64,000 nucleotides of DNA from Candidatus Latescibacterota bacterium (GTDB taxonomy: Bacteria > Latescibacterota > UBA2968 > UBA8231), in assembly GCA_965215195.1 (NCBI GenBank), contig CBDCDC010000002.1, forward strand, positions 2,560,001-2,624,000, given 5' to 3'. Below, piece by piece: positions 14,490 to 24,337 of the stretch. The translations under genes were made by a program, and so were the position numbers. Under the pieces are notes generated by a model, which was not told the DNA's origin, did no database searches, and saw nothing but the letters and a program-made list of their open reading frames with translations. Numbering within the stretch: the first letter of the stretch is position 1; every line of letters starts with the position of its first letter.

Positions 14490-15550
14490 GGTGAACTTCC
14501 CTGTTCGGCCCAGCGCCGCCGCACTAGTTCGGCGCGGCGCACATCGCGGTCTGCCGGAGAGAGATCCGCACGGGATTCGGCCTGCAAATGCGAGGGCTGG
14601 GTAACGATCATTAGCTGGTTGATAACACCGAGGGGCAAGCCGTCGATCATCCCCAAACTGCATCCTAAGCGCACCGCCGATAGCAAGTTCATAAACTCCT
14701 GACCGCTCAACACCCGCGCGTGTTGCAAAATCCCATACGCCCGCCAAACCTTGTCCTCCACTTGCGCTGGTGCGTCTGCCAGCAGGGCGAGCTGCGCCTC
14801 TTTTTCGTGGCTCATAATCTGTTGGGTCACCTCGGAGAGCTTTTCGACTATCGCCCCTTCGGCCACGCCCATGGTGGCTTGGTTGGATATCTGAAACAGG
14901 TTGCCGACCGCATTGGTTCCTTCTCCGTAGAACCCGCGCACCGCGAAAGTCATCTGGGTCAAACCGCGCATCACTCGTTCCATATCCTCGGTCAGGACTA
15001 AGGCCGGCAAGTGAATGAGCACCGATATCCGCAAGCCCGTCCCGGTATTGGTCGGGCAGGCCGTCAAGAAGCCCCAGTGCTCCGATTGCGCCCAGTCCAA
15101 TTCGCTCCTGAGCGCGTCGTCGAGCGCATCAACCCGCTGCCACGCCGCGTGCGTTTGCAAACCTGGGAGGATGGCCTGCAAGCGGAGGTGATCCTCCTCG
15201 TTGATCATCGCGCTGAGCGACTCATCCGCATTGAAGAGCACGCCGCGCTGGCCCTTGCTTTTGGCCAGAGCCGGGCTAATCAGGTGGCGCTCCACCAGCA
15301 ACTGGCGCTGGTTGGCCTGTAGGGCGTTCATTTGGAAAAAGGCCGCATCGCGCATAGGACGACACTTTTGGGCGGCACTCAAGACCTGTGCAATAATTTT
15401 CTCTTGGTCTTCGAGCGTGGTCTTCGGCGCAAAGGGCCACGCTGCGAGGTTGCGGGCTAAGCGGGCGCGACAGCTAACGACCATGCCGTCGGCATCCCCT
15501 TCCCCGCTGAGCCAGCTAGCCGCATTGTAAACGAGGTCTTCGATATTCAC
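14486..15550 (-). CDS. mcsB: protein arginine kinase McsB
   Basis: SCRARLARN, INEEDHLR, GFLTACPTNTGTGLR and VRGFYGEG; adjacent to clpC. Confidence 0.95.
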   Translation of the reverse strand: MNIEDLVYNAASWLSGEGDADGMVVSCRARLARNLAAWPFAPKTTLEDQEKIIAQVLSAAQKCRPMRDAAFFQMNALQANQRQLLVERHLISPALAKSKGQRGVLFNADESLSAMINEEDHLRLQAILPGLQTHAAWQRVDALDDALRSELDWAQSEHWGFLTACPTNTGTGLRISVLIHLPALVLTEDMERVMRGLTQMTFAVRGFYGEGTNAVGNLFQISNQATMGVAEGAIVEKLSEVTQQIMSHEKEAQLALLADAPAQVEDKVWRAYGILQHARVLSGQEFMNLLSAVRLGCSLGMIDGLPLGVINQLMIVTQPSHLQAESRADLSPADRDVRRAELVRRRWAEQGSSP

Positions 15551-15552
15551 GG

Positions 15553-16062
15553 CTATTTTCCTTCGAGGGCGCGGATGCGGTCCCTGAGCTGAGCCGCCTC
15601 TTCAAAGGCCTCCTCCGCTACCGCTTGGGCCAGCTCTTCGCGCAATCGCTCCAGTTCATCGGCCGCCTGGAGGCTTTGTGCTGCTTCTAGCGGCCCTTTG
15701 CCCCGATGCCTGTTGGCACCGTGGATGCGCTTGAGCAGGCGCTCTAGCTGTGGGGCAAAGGCATCGTAACAATGCGGGCAGCCCAAGCGGCCAATTTTTT
15801 TGAACTCCTCGTAGCTCATCCCGCAGGTTGAACACCGCGTACCCCCGTCGCCTTCGGCCCCGGCCAGCTTGGCTAGCTCTATCTTGATCTCCTTCACCAG
15901 CACGGGCGCGTCTTTGGCCTGTGCAGCCGGGGCTATCCGCACTTCGATGTTTTTTTTGCTAGCGCACTGGTGGCAAAGCAAGAGCGTCTGTTTTACGTCG
16001 TCGACAATATGGGTAAAGGCCATTACGGCCTCGCGCTTGGCGCACACTCCGCACTTCTTCAT
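15553..16062 (-). CDS. mcsA: McsA (UvrB/UvrC-motif protein, McsB activator)
   Basis: CxxC pairs, GRLGCPHCY and C-terminal UVR (EEAFEEAAQLRDRI). Start ATG 16062 overlaps the lolD stop. Confidence 0.92.
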   Translation of the reverse strand: MKKCGVCAKREAVMAFTHIVDDVKQTLLLCHQCASKKNIEVRIAPAAQAKDAPVLVKEIKIELAKLAGAEGDGGTRCSTCGMSYEEFKKIGRLGCPHCYDAFAPQLERLLKRIHGANRHRGKGPLEAAQSLQAADELERLREELAQAVAEEAFEEAAQLRDRIRALEGK

Positions 16063-16751
16063 GTCGCACCGTCTTCCATCTGCAATACACCCGCTTCTAT
16101 GCGCCCTCGGCGATCCATGCTCTGGGCCAATTTGCGGTCGTGAGTCATCACCACAAAAGCCTGCCCGCACGCTCGGGCCAACCCGGCGAGCAGTTCGTGC
16201 AAAGACGCGCTCGCTGTCTCGTCGAGATTGCCCGACGGCTCGTCGGCCAGCACGACCAACGGCTGGGTGACCAGTGCTCGCACCACGGCCACCCGCTGAC
16301 ACTCGCCGCCCGACAGGGCCCCGGGCCGGTGGTGCAAGCGGTCCGCTAGCCCAACGGAATCCATCAACTCAAGGGCCTCCTTGCGGCGATCGACGCCAGC
16401 AACCCGCGCCGGCAGCAAGACGTTTTCCAGTGCGGTAAATTCCGGCAGCAGGTAGTGAAATTGGAATACGAAGCCAATGTGCCGATTGCGAAAGCGCGAC
16501 AGCGCCTGATCTTCGAGCGCGAGCACGTCAGTGCCGGCGATCCGCAATTGGCCAGCCGTCGGCAGGTCGAGCGTACCCAACAGGTGCAGCAAGGTGCTCT
16601 TGCCAACTCCCGACTCGCCCATAACCGCGACTAGCTCGCCGGCCCGCACCGCTAAGTCCACGCCTTTGAGCACCTCCAAGCCCTCGCCGCCGGTGTTGAA
16701 TACCTTGCGCAAACCGCGCGCTTCGAGGATGATGTCGGCTTGTTTCACCAT
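16059..16751 (-). CDS. lolD: lipoprotein-releasing ABC transporter ATP-binding protein
   Basis: GESGVGKST, IGFVFQFHYLLPEFTALENV and LSGGE. Confidence 0.9.
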   Translation of the reverse strand: MVKQADIILEARGLRKVFNTGGEGLEVLKGVDLAVRAGELVAVMGESGVGKSTLLHLLGTLDLPTAGQLRIAGTDVLALEDQALSRFRNRHIGFVFQFHYLLPEFTALENVLLPARVAGVDRRKEALELMDSVGLADRLHHRPGALSGGECQRVAVVRALVTQPLVVLADEPSGNLDETASASLHELLAGLARACGQAFVVMTHDRKLAQSMDRRGRIEAGVLQMEDGAT

Positions 16752-16752
16752 G

Positions 16753-18018
16753 TTACATTATGTATCGAATGGCTTCTACGGGCATCAACCCAGCAGCCTT
16801 GTGCGCCGGATAAATCGACGTGGCCAAGCAGATGACCATGCTGATCGCCGCCACTAGTGCGAAATCCACCACATTCATATCCACGGGCAACGAGCTGATG
16901 AAGTACATGTCCCCGGGAATGGAAATCAGGGCAAAGCGCTGTTGGGCCAAGCAGAGCGCAAAGCCGATCAAGCAGCCCAACAAGGTGCCGATGCCGCCAA
17001 TGACCAAGCCCTGATAGATGAAAATGCGATAAATCTCGCCCACGGTGCAACCGATCGTCCGCAAGATGCCGATCTCGGGCGTCTTGATCAGCACCGACAT
17101 GACCAAGATCGACATGATGTTAAAGGCCGCGACCAGCACGATGAGGCTCAACGCGAGAAAGATCGCCCATTTTTCCAACTCGATCCAGCGGAAGAACTCT
17201 GGGAAAAGCTGGGTCCAATCGCGCACCTGATAGGGATAGCCCAACTCCTCGGTTAGGCGGTCGCGGATAGCAGGCGCTTGGTAGATGTCTGCGACGCGGA
17301 TGTGGATATCAGTAATTCCATCGCCCAATTCGAGCATGCGCTGGGCGTCTTCTAAATGAATAAAAGCATAGTTGTCGTCGTACTGGTACATGCCGCTTTG
17401 AAAGTGATCGGTCACGAAAAAGGACCACGGGCGGGGCGAGAAGCCGTCCATCACGGCTGCTTCCACGTCGAGATTTTGCACCGTCATCAGCAACACCTCA
17501 GAACCCGGCCCCACGTGCAAGCGCCGCGCCAAGTGCTCGCCGAGAACAATCCCCCGCTTGTTTAGCTCTGCGAGCAAGCCGAGGCGTATCTGCCCTGCTG
17601 GATTGGCGTAGCGCAGGTGTTCGGTCAGGTCGGAAACCGCCGGAAAGGTCGCCGGATCAATGCCCCACACGGGAATGCCATCAACCCGGCCCAAGTCGAG
17701 CTGCGAGGCAATAATGACCTTGGAATCCACGACCGGCGCCGCGCCCACGACCCCGACAGCACCTTTCACCTGCTGCAACAGCGCGTCCCAGCCGGCGATG
17801 GGGCCGCCGTCAAAGCGGCGAATGTTGACATGGGCGTTCATGCCGATCAGCCGATTTTTGACTTCGCCGGCAAAACCATTGGTCACCGAGAGGATTATCA
17901 CCAAAGCCGCTACCCCCAAGATCACTCCGCCGACAGCCATATAGGCGATGACTGAGAAGAAGCCCTCGCGCTGTTTGGAGCGCAGGTAGCGGCCGGCGAC
18001 AAACAAGGCAATGCTCAC
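16753..18018 (-). CDS. lolE: lipoprotein-releasing ABC transporter permease LolC/E
   Basis: ARRYL-like N-terminus, LSVTNGF and VAAFNI..EIGILRTIG. GTG start at 18018 overlaps the prfB stop. Confidence 0.88.
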   Translation of the reverse strand: MSIALFVAGRYLRSKQREGFFSVIAYMAVGGVILGVAALVIILSVTNGFAGEVKNRLIGMNAHVNIRRFDGGPIAGWDALLQQVKGAVGVVGAAPVVDSKVIIASQLDLGRVDGIPVWGIDPATFPAVSDLTEHLRYANPAGQIRLGLLAELNKRGIVLGEHLARRLHVGPGSEVLLMTVQNLDVEAAVMDGFSPRPWSFFVTDHFQSGMYQYDDNYAFIHLEDAQRMLELGDGITDIHIRVADIYQAPAIRDRLTEELGYPYQVRDWTQLFPEFFRWIELEKWAIFLALSLIVLVAAFNIMSILVMSVLIKTPEIGILRTIGCTVGEIYRIFIYQGLVIGGIGTLLGCLIGFALCLAQQRFALISIPGDMYFISSLPVDMNVVDFALVAAISMVICLATSIYPAHKAAGLMPVEAIRYIM

Positions 18019-19110
18019 GTCTGTCCCTCGGTCAAATAGGCGCGGATGAACCGGTCGATGTCTCCGTCCATTACCGCTTGGACATTGGCCGTTTCGCAAG
18101 CAGTGCGGTGATCTTTGACTATGGTGTATGGATGGAACACGTAGGAGCGAATCTGCGACCCGAAGTCAATGCTCTTCTTGGTGCTCTCCACCGCGAGCTG
18201 CTTCTGCTTCTGTTCGTCCTTGAGGCGCTGGTATAGGCGCGCCTTCAGCACCTTAAACGCAGTGGCCTTGTTCTTGAACTGCGAGCGCTCATTTTGGCAC
18301 TGGACGACAAGGCCGGTGGGCAGATGCGTGATCCGCACGGCCGAGGCAGTTTTGTTCACGTGTTGGCCGCCCGCGCCCCCGGAGCGGTAGGTTTCGACCT
18401 TCACGTCCTCGTCGTTGAGGTCCACCTCGATATCGCCTTCGACTTCTGGATAGACAAAGACCGAGGCAAACGAAGTGTGCCGGCGGCGGCTCGTATCAAA
18501 AGGCGACAGCCGCACCAAGCGGTGGACGCCGGCCTCGGCCTTGAGGTAGCCATACGCATAATCCCCTTTAACCTCAATGGTTGCGCCCTTGATGCCGGCT
18601 TCCTCGGCCTGCTGCAGATCCACGACCGCGCATTCCATGCCGTGGCGCTCGGTCCAGCGCGTGTACAGGCGCATCAGCATCGCCGCCCACTCGGCTGCGT
18701 CCGTGCCGCCCGCCCCCGAGTGAATGACGAGAATCGCGTTCTTGGGGTCGTCCTCGTCGTTGAGCATCGTGCGAAACTCCAATTCGCCAATGCCCTGCAT
18801 CGCGCACTCAACCTCGGCCTCAACCTCGATCAGCGCCTCTGTATCGCCCTCTTCGGCCGCCATCTGCCGCAGTTGGCCCAAGTCCTCCAACTGTGCGTCC
18901 AAGGTCTCCCAATCCGCAATGGTGTCCTTGAGGATGCGCACCGCCTTGCCGACGGATTCGGCCTGCCGACGGTCGCTCCAGAAGTCCGCGCCCGCCATGC
19001 GCTTCTCCAGTGCGGCCAACTCTTCCTTCTTGCCGCTTATGTCAAAGATACCCTCGCAGCCGCTCTAGCTGCTGCCGCCCGCTTGCCAACTGTTCCTCAA
19101 TCGTGGCCAT
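18015..19110 (-). CDS. prfB: peptide chain release factor 2, programmed +1 frameshift at CTT-TGA-C (19047-19041)
   Basis: N-terminal ORF MATIEEQ...LRGYL* ends in CGA GGG TAT CTT TGA C. The +1 frame continues DISGKKEEL... into a body with SPF and GGQ motifs. Confidence 0.96.
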
Positions 19111-19624
19111 TGTCGTCTTCCTCGGTTTCGTTGTAGCGATCAAAAAGGAGGCTGTCGTGCTTGCGCTCAGAGGGTATTTCAAAGAGTAGCTGCCCCTCGT
19201 AAACCGCGCCCTTCGTCCCCTCAAACTCGTCGCTGTGTGCAATAAAAAACGGCGATCGCGACCGCGGATAATACCGCCGCCCGCGGTCGTCAACGAGCTG
19301 AAAACAGCGCGGCACAATCGCCCACGCGAGCTGCAAATTCACCTGCAAACGCACGTCGATGAGCACGAACTTGTGGCCCTCGTCGGGCGGGCCGTGAAAA
19401 AAGTGCATGTAGCGCACTCCATCAGGAGGCACCGTCAGGGCAACTTGATTGTTGATGTTGGCGAACAGGTTGGTCAAGTTTTCCAGCTTGTCCGCTGATC
19501 CACCCATCAGGCGCGCCCCAATGTAGATCGGCACAAAGAGAGTCACGCCGCCCAAGACGATGCGGTTGAGCAGCCGCAGGCGTTTGTTGAACTGCTTCTT
19601 GCGCTCGCTTGCTGGAATCACCAT
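19097..19624 (-). CDS. membrane-anchored DUF4352-like protein
   Basis: N-terminal TM; PDEGHKFVLIDV...FQLVDDRGRRY...GQLLFEIP pattern. Confidence 0.65.
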   Translation of the reverse strand: MVIPASERKKQFNKRLRLLNRIVLGGVTLFVPIYIGARLMGGSADKLENLTNLFANINNQVALTVPPDGVRYMHFFHGPPDEGHKFVLIDVRLQVNLQLAWAIVPRCFQLVDDRGRRYYPRSRSPFFIAHSDEFEGTKGAVYEGQLLFEIPSERKHDSLLFDRYNETEEDDNGHD

Positions 19625-19642
19625 GGCGTTTCCTCAGAGCAC

Positions 19643-21310
19643 CTAGCGCACAAGGGCAATTTTGCCTAAGTGGCTGCGGTTAGGCAACCGCAGTTGGTAG
19701 AAGTATATCCCGTTGGCCACGGCCTGGCTCGGCGTCCAGCGCGGGGCGCGGCCCGGCTGGTCGTGGCTCCCTGGCCACAGATCCCAACGCTCGGCAAACA
19801 CCAACCGGCCCGCTACGTCAAAAACGCTCAACTCAACGTGGCCGTGCGCGGCTAGCTGCACCGGAAAATGCACTTCCCCGTCCCGCGCCGGGTTGGGAAA
19901 GGGTGCCAACAGACGATCTTCCCTCGGCAGCTCCTCGGAGAGACCACTGGCCGCCAGCGCGTTTATTTGTCCCCAGCCATACACGGTGTCGGGACCGGCG
20001 GCACCCAAGTCCAGCGCGGTCGAGCGCAAAGCCTCTAGCACTTGCGGCGGCTCCCATTCGGGATGGATTTGCAACAACAGGGCGCAAACCCCGCTCACCA
20101 AGGGCGTCGCAAAGGACGTGCCGCCGCGGCGCACATAGCCGCCGCCCCGCAGATCCGCGACCACCACGCCGCTGCCGGGCGCGACCACATCCGGTTTGAC
20201 GCGGCCATCGGCCGTCGGCCCCCGCGAGCTAAAGGAAGCAATCTGCGGTACGCGCTCGCCGCTGCCGGGCACATCTACCGCCCCCACCGCAATCGCGCCG
20301 TCGGCATCTGCCGGGACCGTTATGTAGTGCCAATCCTTGTTGGCCTCATTGCCCGCGGCCACCACCACCACGATGCCGCGCCGCACTGCCAGCGCCGCCG
20401 CTACGCTCGTCAGCGCGGTTTCCCCGTCCAGATCCGTCGGCGAGTATCCGCTGCCGTCGTCCCACCGATTGTAGCCCAGCGAACTGTTGACCACCTGTGC
20501 TCCTAAGCTGTCCGCCCATTCCAAACCGGCGATCCAGCGATCCTCCTCCGAGGGCAACTCGGGCAAGGTGTCGTCTAGTTCGGTCTTGGCCAAGATGTAC
20601 TCGGCGTCGGGTGCCACGCCGACAAAGTGATCGGGGTGGTAGCCTGCCAGCAGGGAAAGCACTTGCGCACCGTGCAAGTTTTGGCTGCCGCTCATTTCGT
20701 CGCCCGTGATGGGTTGATCGGCCTCGTCGCCTACTACTTCGTCGCCATTGACAAAGTCGCGCTGGGCAACCACGCGGATTGAGCCAAAGGCCGCGTGCTC
20801 GGCGTAGTGGAAGCCGTTGTCGAGCAAGGCCACGCGCACCCCAGCGCCCGTAAAACCCCGGTCGTGCAGGCGGGGAACGGCGATTTGGGCCAACGGCTCC
20901 AAGGCGAGACCATAATGGCTTTGCAGCAACTTAGGGCTAGCAAACAGCGCGGGCGGCGGTGGACTGGGCCGCTGCAAGTGCTGCACGGGCCGCGTTGCGA
21001 CGACAAAGTCCGCGGCCTGCACTCGGCGTTCCACCTCGGGCGAGGCCCGCGCACTGACCGCGTTGAGCCAACGCGAGGAGAAGCGCACGGCCGCCCCCAT
21101 CTCCCGCAGGCGCTCGATATAGCACTGGCTGACGGGCAGGTCTAGCTCTGCGTCCGCATGACCGGCCCCCAAATCCACCCAAGCGACGCGCTGCCCTTCG
21201 GCATCTGTTTTGTCGCGCAGCAGAATCCAGATATTCTGATCCGCCGCGACCGCCAAGGCGCCCGCGTGCATCAGCAGAGCCGCGCACCACCCCCACGCTC
21301 TCTTATTCAA
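19643..21310 (-). CDS. secreted S8 family serine peptidase with C-terminal FlgD-like/T9SS-type sorting domain
   Basis: Catalytic D (LLDNG), H (HGAQV) and S (GGTSFATP); AAGN; tail PFPNP...VFDVAGRLV...GIYFYQL...KIALVR. Start uncertain (TTG 21310). Confidence 0.9.
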   Translation of the reverse strand: MNKRAWGWCAALLMHAGALAVAADQNIWILLRDKTDAEGQRVAWVDLGAGHADAELDLPVSQCYIERLREMGAAVRFSSRWLNAVSARASPEVERRVQAADFVVATRPVQHLQRPSPPPPALFASPKLLQSHYGLALEPLAQIAVPRLHDRGFTGAGVRVALLDNGFHYAEHAAFGSIRVVAQRDFVNGDEVVGDEADQPITGDEMSGSQNLHGAQVLSLLAGYHPDHFVGVAPDAEYILAKTELDDTLPELPSEEDRWIAGLEWADSLGAQVVNSSLGYNRWDDGSGYSPTDLDGETALTSVAAALAVRRGIVVVVAAGNEANKDWHYITVPADADGAIAVGAVDVPGSGERVPQIASFSSRGPTADGRVKPDVVAPGSGVVVADLRGGGYVRRGGTSFATPLVSGVCALLLQIHPEWEPPQVLEALRSTALDLGAAGPDTVYGWGQINALAASGLSEELPREDRLLAPFPNPARDGEVHFPVQLAAHGHVELSVFDVAGRLVFAERWDLWPGSHDQPGRAPRWTPSQAVANGIYFYQLRLPNRSHLGKIALVR

Positions 21311-21941
21311 CGGGGGGTTCCCTCGTGTCCAGCACCTCCACCCCTTCGGGCACCTGAAAAGAAAAGACCTCGTCGGCGATCCTCTTGTTGGTGCGGTGAT
21401 CCCTGAGCACGTACGCGGTGCGGTTGCCATTGGCCTCGCGCTGCTCCACTTGCAACAGAAACCACTTCCTAGGATCCACCCAGACCCGCATCTGTTCAAC
21501 CACCGAGGCTTCGTTTTCCGGTGCCATGATCAGCAAATAGCAGGGCCGCCCTCCCAACGCGCTTTCCTCCACCGCAATGGGCACGTAGCGCTCGGTATAG
21601 TCGAAAAACACTTCCCAAGGGGTCTTTATTTGCTCCTCGTATGGGCTGACTACCACTTGACCGTTGTGCACGACATACGACCAGACGGCCTTGCCATCGG
21701 CCACCACCACATCGCCGCCTTCTAGCTCAATGCGAAAGCGGTTCGGACGGCGCAAATAGATCCGGCCCTCGCGGCTGCGGTACTTGTCCAGCACCGCCCA
21801 GTAGAATTGCTTTTCAAAGCGGGCTGAAAACGTCTTATAGCTAGACAGACGCTTCTGCACCCTCGCGATGATTTCTTCGCCACTCTGTCCGAAGGCCGCG
21901 CTGGCCGCCAAGCCCAAACAAAAAACCAACGACAGTCTCAT
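21303..21941 (-). CDS. lolA: outer membrane lipoprotein carrier LolA
   Basis: Signal peptide; RRPNRFRIE, VVADGKAVWSY and FSFQVPEGVEV; downstream of ftsK. Confidence 0.9.
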   Translation of the reverse strand: MRLSLVFCLGLAASAAFGQSGEEIIARVQKRLSSYKTFSARFEKQFYWAVLDKYRSREGRIYLRRPNRFRIELEGGDVVVADGKAVWSYVVHNGQVVVSPYEEQIKTPWEVFFDYTERYVPIAVEESALGGRPCYLLIMAPENEASVVEQMRVWVDPRKWFLLQVEQREANGNRTAYVLRDHRTNKRIADEVFSFQVPEGVEVLDTREPPVE

Positions 21942-24235
21942 TCTTCCGCGTACTCCTCTTCCGCGCTTTCGATCAGAATCTGGCGCGGCTTAGCCCCCTC
22001 GATCGGCCCGACGATACCGGCGGCCTCCAACTCGTCCATCAGGCGCGCGGCCCGGGCATAACCCACTTTCAAGCGCCGCTGCAAAAACGACGTGGAGGCC
22101 TGCTGGTGTTCGCTAACTAAGCGCACGGCCTCGTCAAAAAGGTCGTCGCGCATATTGGAAGCTGCGTTAATATCCACCTGCTCGGAAAACACCGCAACTT
22201 CCTCGGCCTCGTACTGGCTCTCCTTCAATGCCTCGACCAAGCGCTCGGTTTCCTCGCCAGAAATAAAGGCCCCGTGGACGCGGATTGGCTCGCCTTGGCC
22301 ACTCGGCAGAAAGAGCATATCGCCCATCCCCAAAAGCCGCTCGGCCCCGTTGAGATCGAGGATCGTGCGCGAGTCCGTCTTTGACGCGACTTGGAAGGCA
22401 ATGCGCGAAGGGAAGTTGGCTTTGATTACCCCGGTAATCACGTTCACCGAAGGCCGCTGGGTCGCCAAGATGATGTGAATGCCCACTGCGCGCGACTTCT
22501 GCGCCAAACCCATCAGCGAGGTCTCCACATCCGCGGAGGCCGTCAGCATCAAATCGGCGAATTCATCGATTACTATCACGATGTACGCCAGCGGCTTCTC
22601 AGACTCGACGCCATCTTCCTCGGCCTCGGCTTGGACGCGCACCAGCTTGGCGTTGTAGTCGGCCAGATTGCGCACCCCCAGCTTGGCCAGCTTCTGATAG
22701 CGCACTTCCATTTCGGCCACGGCCCACTTCAAGGCCGCCGAGGCCTTCTTAGGCTCGGTGATAACCGGCACCAGCAAGTGCGGTATATCGTTGTACATCA
22801 TCAATTCGACGACCTTGGGATCAACCATGATAAAGCGCACTTCATCCGGCGTGGCCTTGAAGAGGATGCTGCAAATCAGGCTGTTCAGGCACACGCTCTT
22901 GCCGGCCCCGGTGGCACCGGCGACCAATAGATGGGGCATTTTGGCCAAATCCGCGGCACACGGCTCGCCCGAAATAGTCTTGCCCAGCGCCATGACCAGC
23001 TTGGAATCCGACCGGCTGAACACCTCGTCTTCGACGATCTCGCGCAAGTACACGGTCTCCCGCTCCTGATTGGCAATCTCCACCCCCACCACGGATTTCC
23101 CCGGCACCGGTGCTTGAATGCGAATGCCCTTCGCGCTCATCACACGCGCGAGATCGTCCGAGAGCGCGGCGATGCGATTGACCTTGACCCCTAAAGCTGG
23201 CTCCACCTCATAGCGCGTCACTACCGGCCCGGGACTCACCTCTACAACCTTGCTGGCTACGTCGAAATTGTCCAAAGCACCCTCCAGCAGCTTGGCGTTT
23301 TCCAGCAAGGTCTCCCTAGAAACGCCGCTGCGATTGGCCGGCACTTCGTCTAGCAACGCGGTGTTCGGGAGCTCGTAGCGACCCCCGGCAGGCTTGCGGG
23401 CTGGCACTGCCTTCTCTTTTTTGCGAACCGGCGTTGCCGTGTCTTCAACCGCCGGTTCCTTCTTCTCTTTTCGCTTTCGCCGCTCAACGCGCGCTGGCTC
23501 CTGTACTCGAGGCTCCATCGCGACCGCATCTTCAGCCATTGGCTTCCAAGGTCCCTTAGCTACATCCTCAACCCGAGGCTCCGCGCCGATCTCGGGCCAC
23601 GCAGCTCCCATGTCCCCCTCCCGCTTGGCAGATTTGCTCTTGGGCACAGCAAGGCGGGGCAGCCGCAAACGCCCGAGCCACCGCCAAACCACTGCCCCAA
23701 CGGATCCCACTCGTGCCCATAGCCGCCAGTTCAGGTCGGGGGTCAAAATCACCGCAATCACAAAGAGCGCGCCCAGCAAAACCGCCGACCCCATCCTCCC
23801 TAGGTACGGTATAAGGAAGTCCAAGCTGAGCTGGGTTCCCAGCACACCACCCAGCGCGTAGGCCGTTTGCGGCGAATAGTCGGGCAAGCCCGTAGCGACG
23901 CTGATGAGGACGGCCATGAGCAAAATCGCCACACTGCGGTACACAGCAAGGGCCAATGGCTGACAACGCACCCTATTCCAACCCCAGAGCAACAAGAGCA
24001 TGGGCCAGACATACGCGGCCAACCCCATACCCGCAAAAGCCCCATACGACGCGTACGCGCCGATCCATCCCCCCCAATTCAAACTCTCAGCCATCGACCG
24101 GCTCGAATTGGGGGGGTCAAGCGGCGAATGGGACATCAAGCAGACGAGCAAAAACGCGCCGAGGCCGAGGAAGAGCACCCCTAGCGCTTGGGGCCTCTTC
24201 TTGCCTTTTGGCATATGGTGCAAAAACTCGGACAT
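21938..24235 (-). CDS. ftsK: DNA translocase FtsK
   Basis: 4TM N-domain, MPHLLVAGATGAGKS, ATQRPSV and gamma domain LQRRLKVGYARAAR. Start is 24235 or 24214. Confidence 0.96.
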   Translation of the reverse strand: MSEFLHHMPKGKKRPQALGVLFLGLGAFLLVCLMSHSPLDPPNSSRSMAESLNWGGWIGAYASYGAFAGMGLAAYVWPMLLLLWGWNRVRCQPLALAVYRSVAILLMAVLISVATGLPDYSPQTAYALGGVLGTQLSLDFLIPYLGRMGSAVLLGALFVIAVILTPDLNWRLWARVGSVGAVVWRWLGRLRLPRLAVPKSKSAKREGDMGAAWPEIGAEPRVEDVAKGPWKPMAEDAVAMEPRVQEPARVERRKRKEKKEPAVEDTATPVRKKEKAVPARKPAGGRYELPNTALLDEVPANRSGVSRETLLENAKLLEGALDNFDVASKVVEVSPGPVVTRYEVEPALGVKVNRIAALSDDLARVMSAKGIRIQAPVPGKSVVGVEIANQERETVYLREIVEDEVFSRSDSKLVMALGKTISGEPCAADLAKMPHLLVAGATGAGKSVCLNSLICSILFKATPDEVRFIMVDPKVVELMMYNDIPHLLVPVITEPKKASAALKWAVAEMEVRYQKLAKLGVRNLADYNAKLVRVQAEAEEDGVESEKPLAYIVIVIDEFADLMLTASADVETSLMGLAQKSRAVGIHIILATQRPSVNVITGVIKANFPSRIAFQVASKTDSRTILDLNGAERLLGMGDMLFLPSGQGEPIRVHGAFISGEETERLVEALKESQYEAEEVAVFSEQVDINAASNMRDDLFDEAVRLVSEHQQASTSFLQRRLKVGYARAARLMDELEAAGIVGPIEGAKPRQILIESAEEEYAEE

Positions 24236-24337
24236 AGAGCCGCAGACTCCGCTAATACATGGATTGGGAAGCAATCAAATTGGAGAGGGGGTCCCAAAAA
24301 ATAAACAAAAACGCAGCTTTTTGCACCTTGCGGCGCG

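Noticed and set aside
18015-19317. prfB as a broken gene, or 19042..19317 as a separate gene
   Set aside because: The canonical CTT-TGA-C programmed frameshift explains it.
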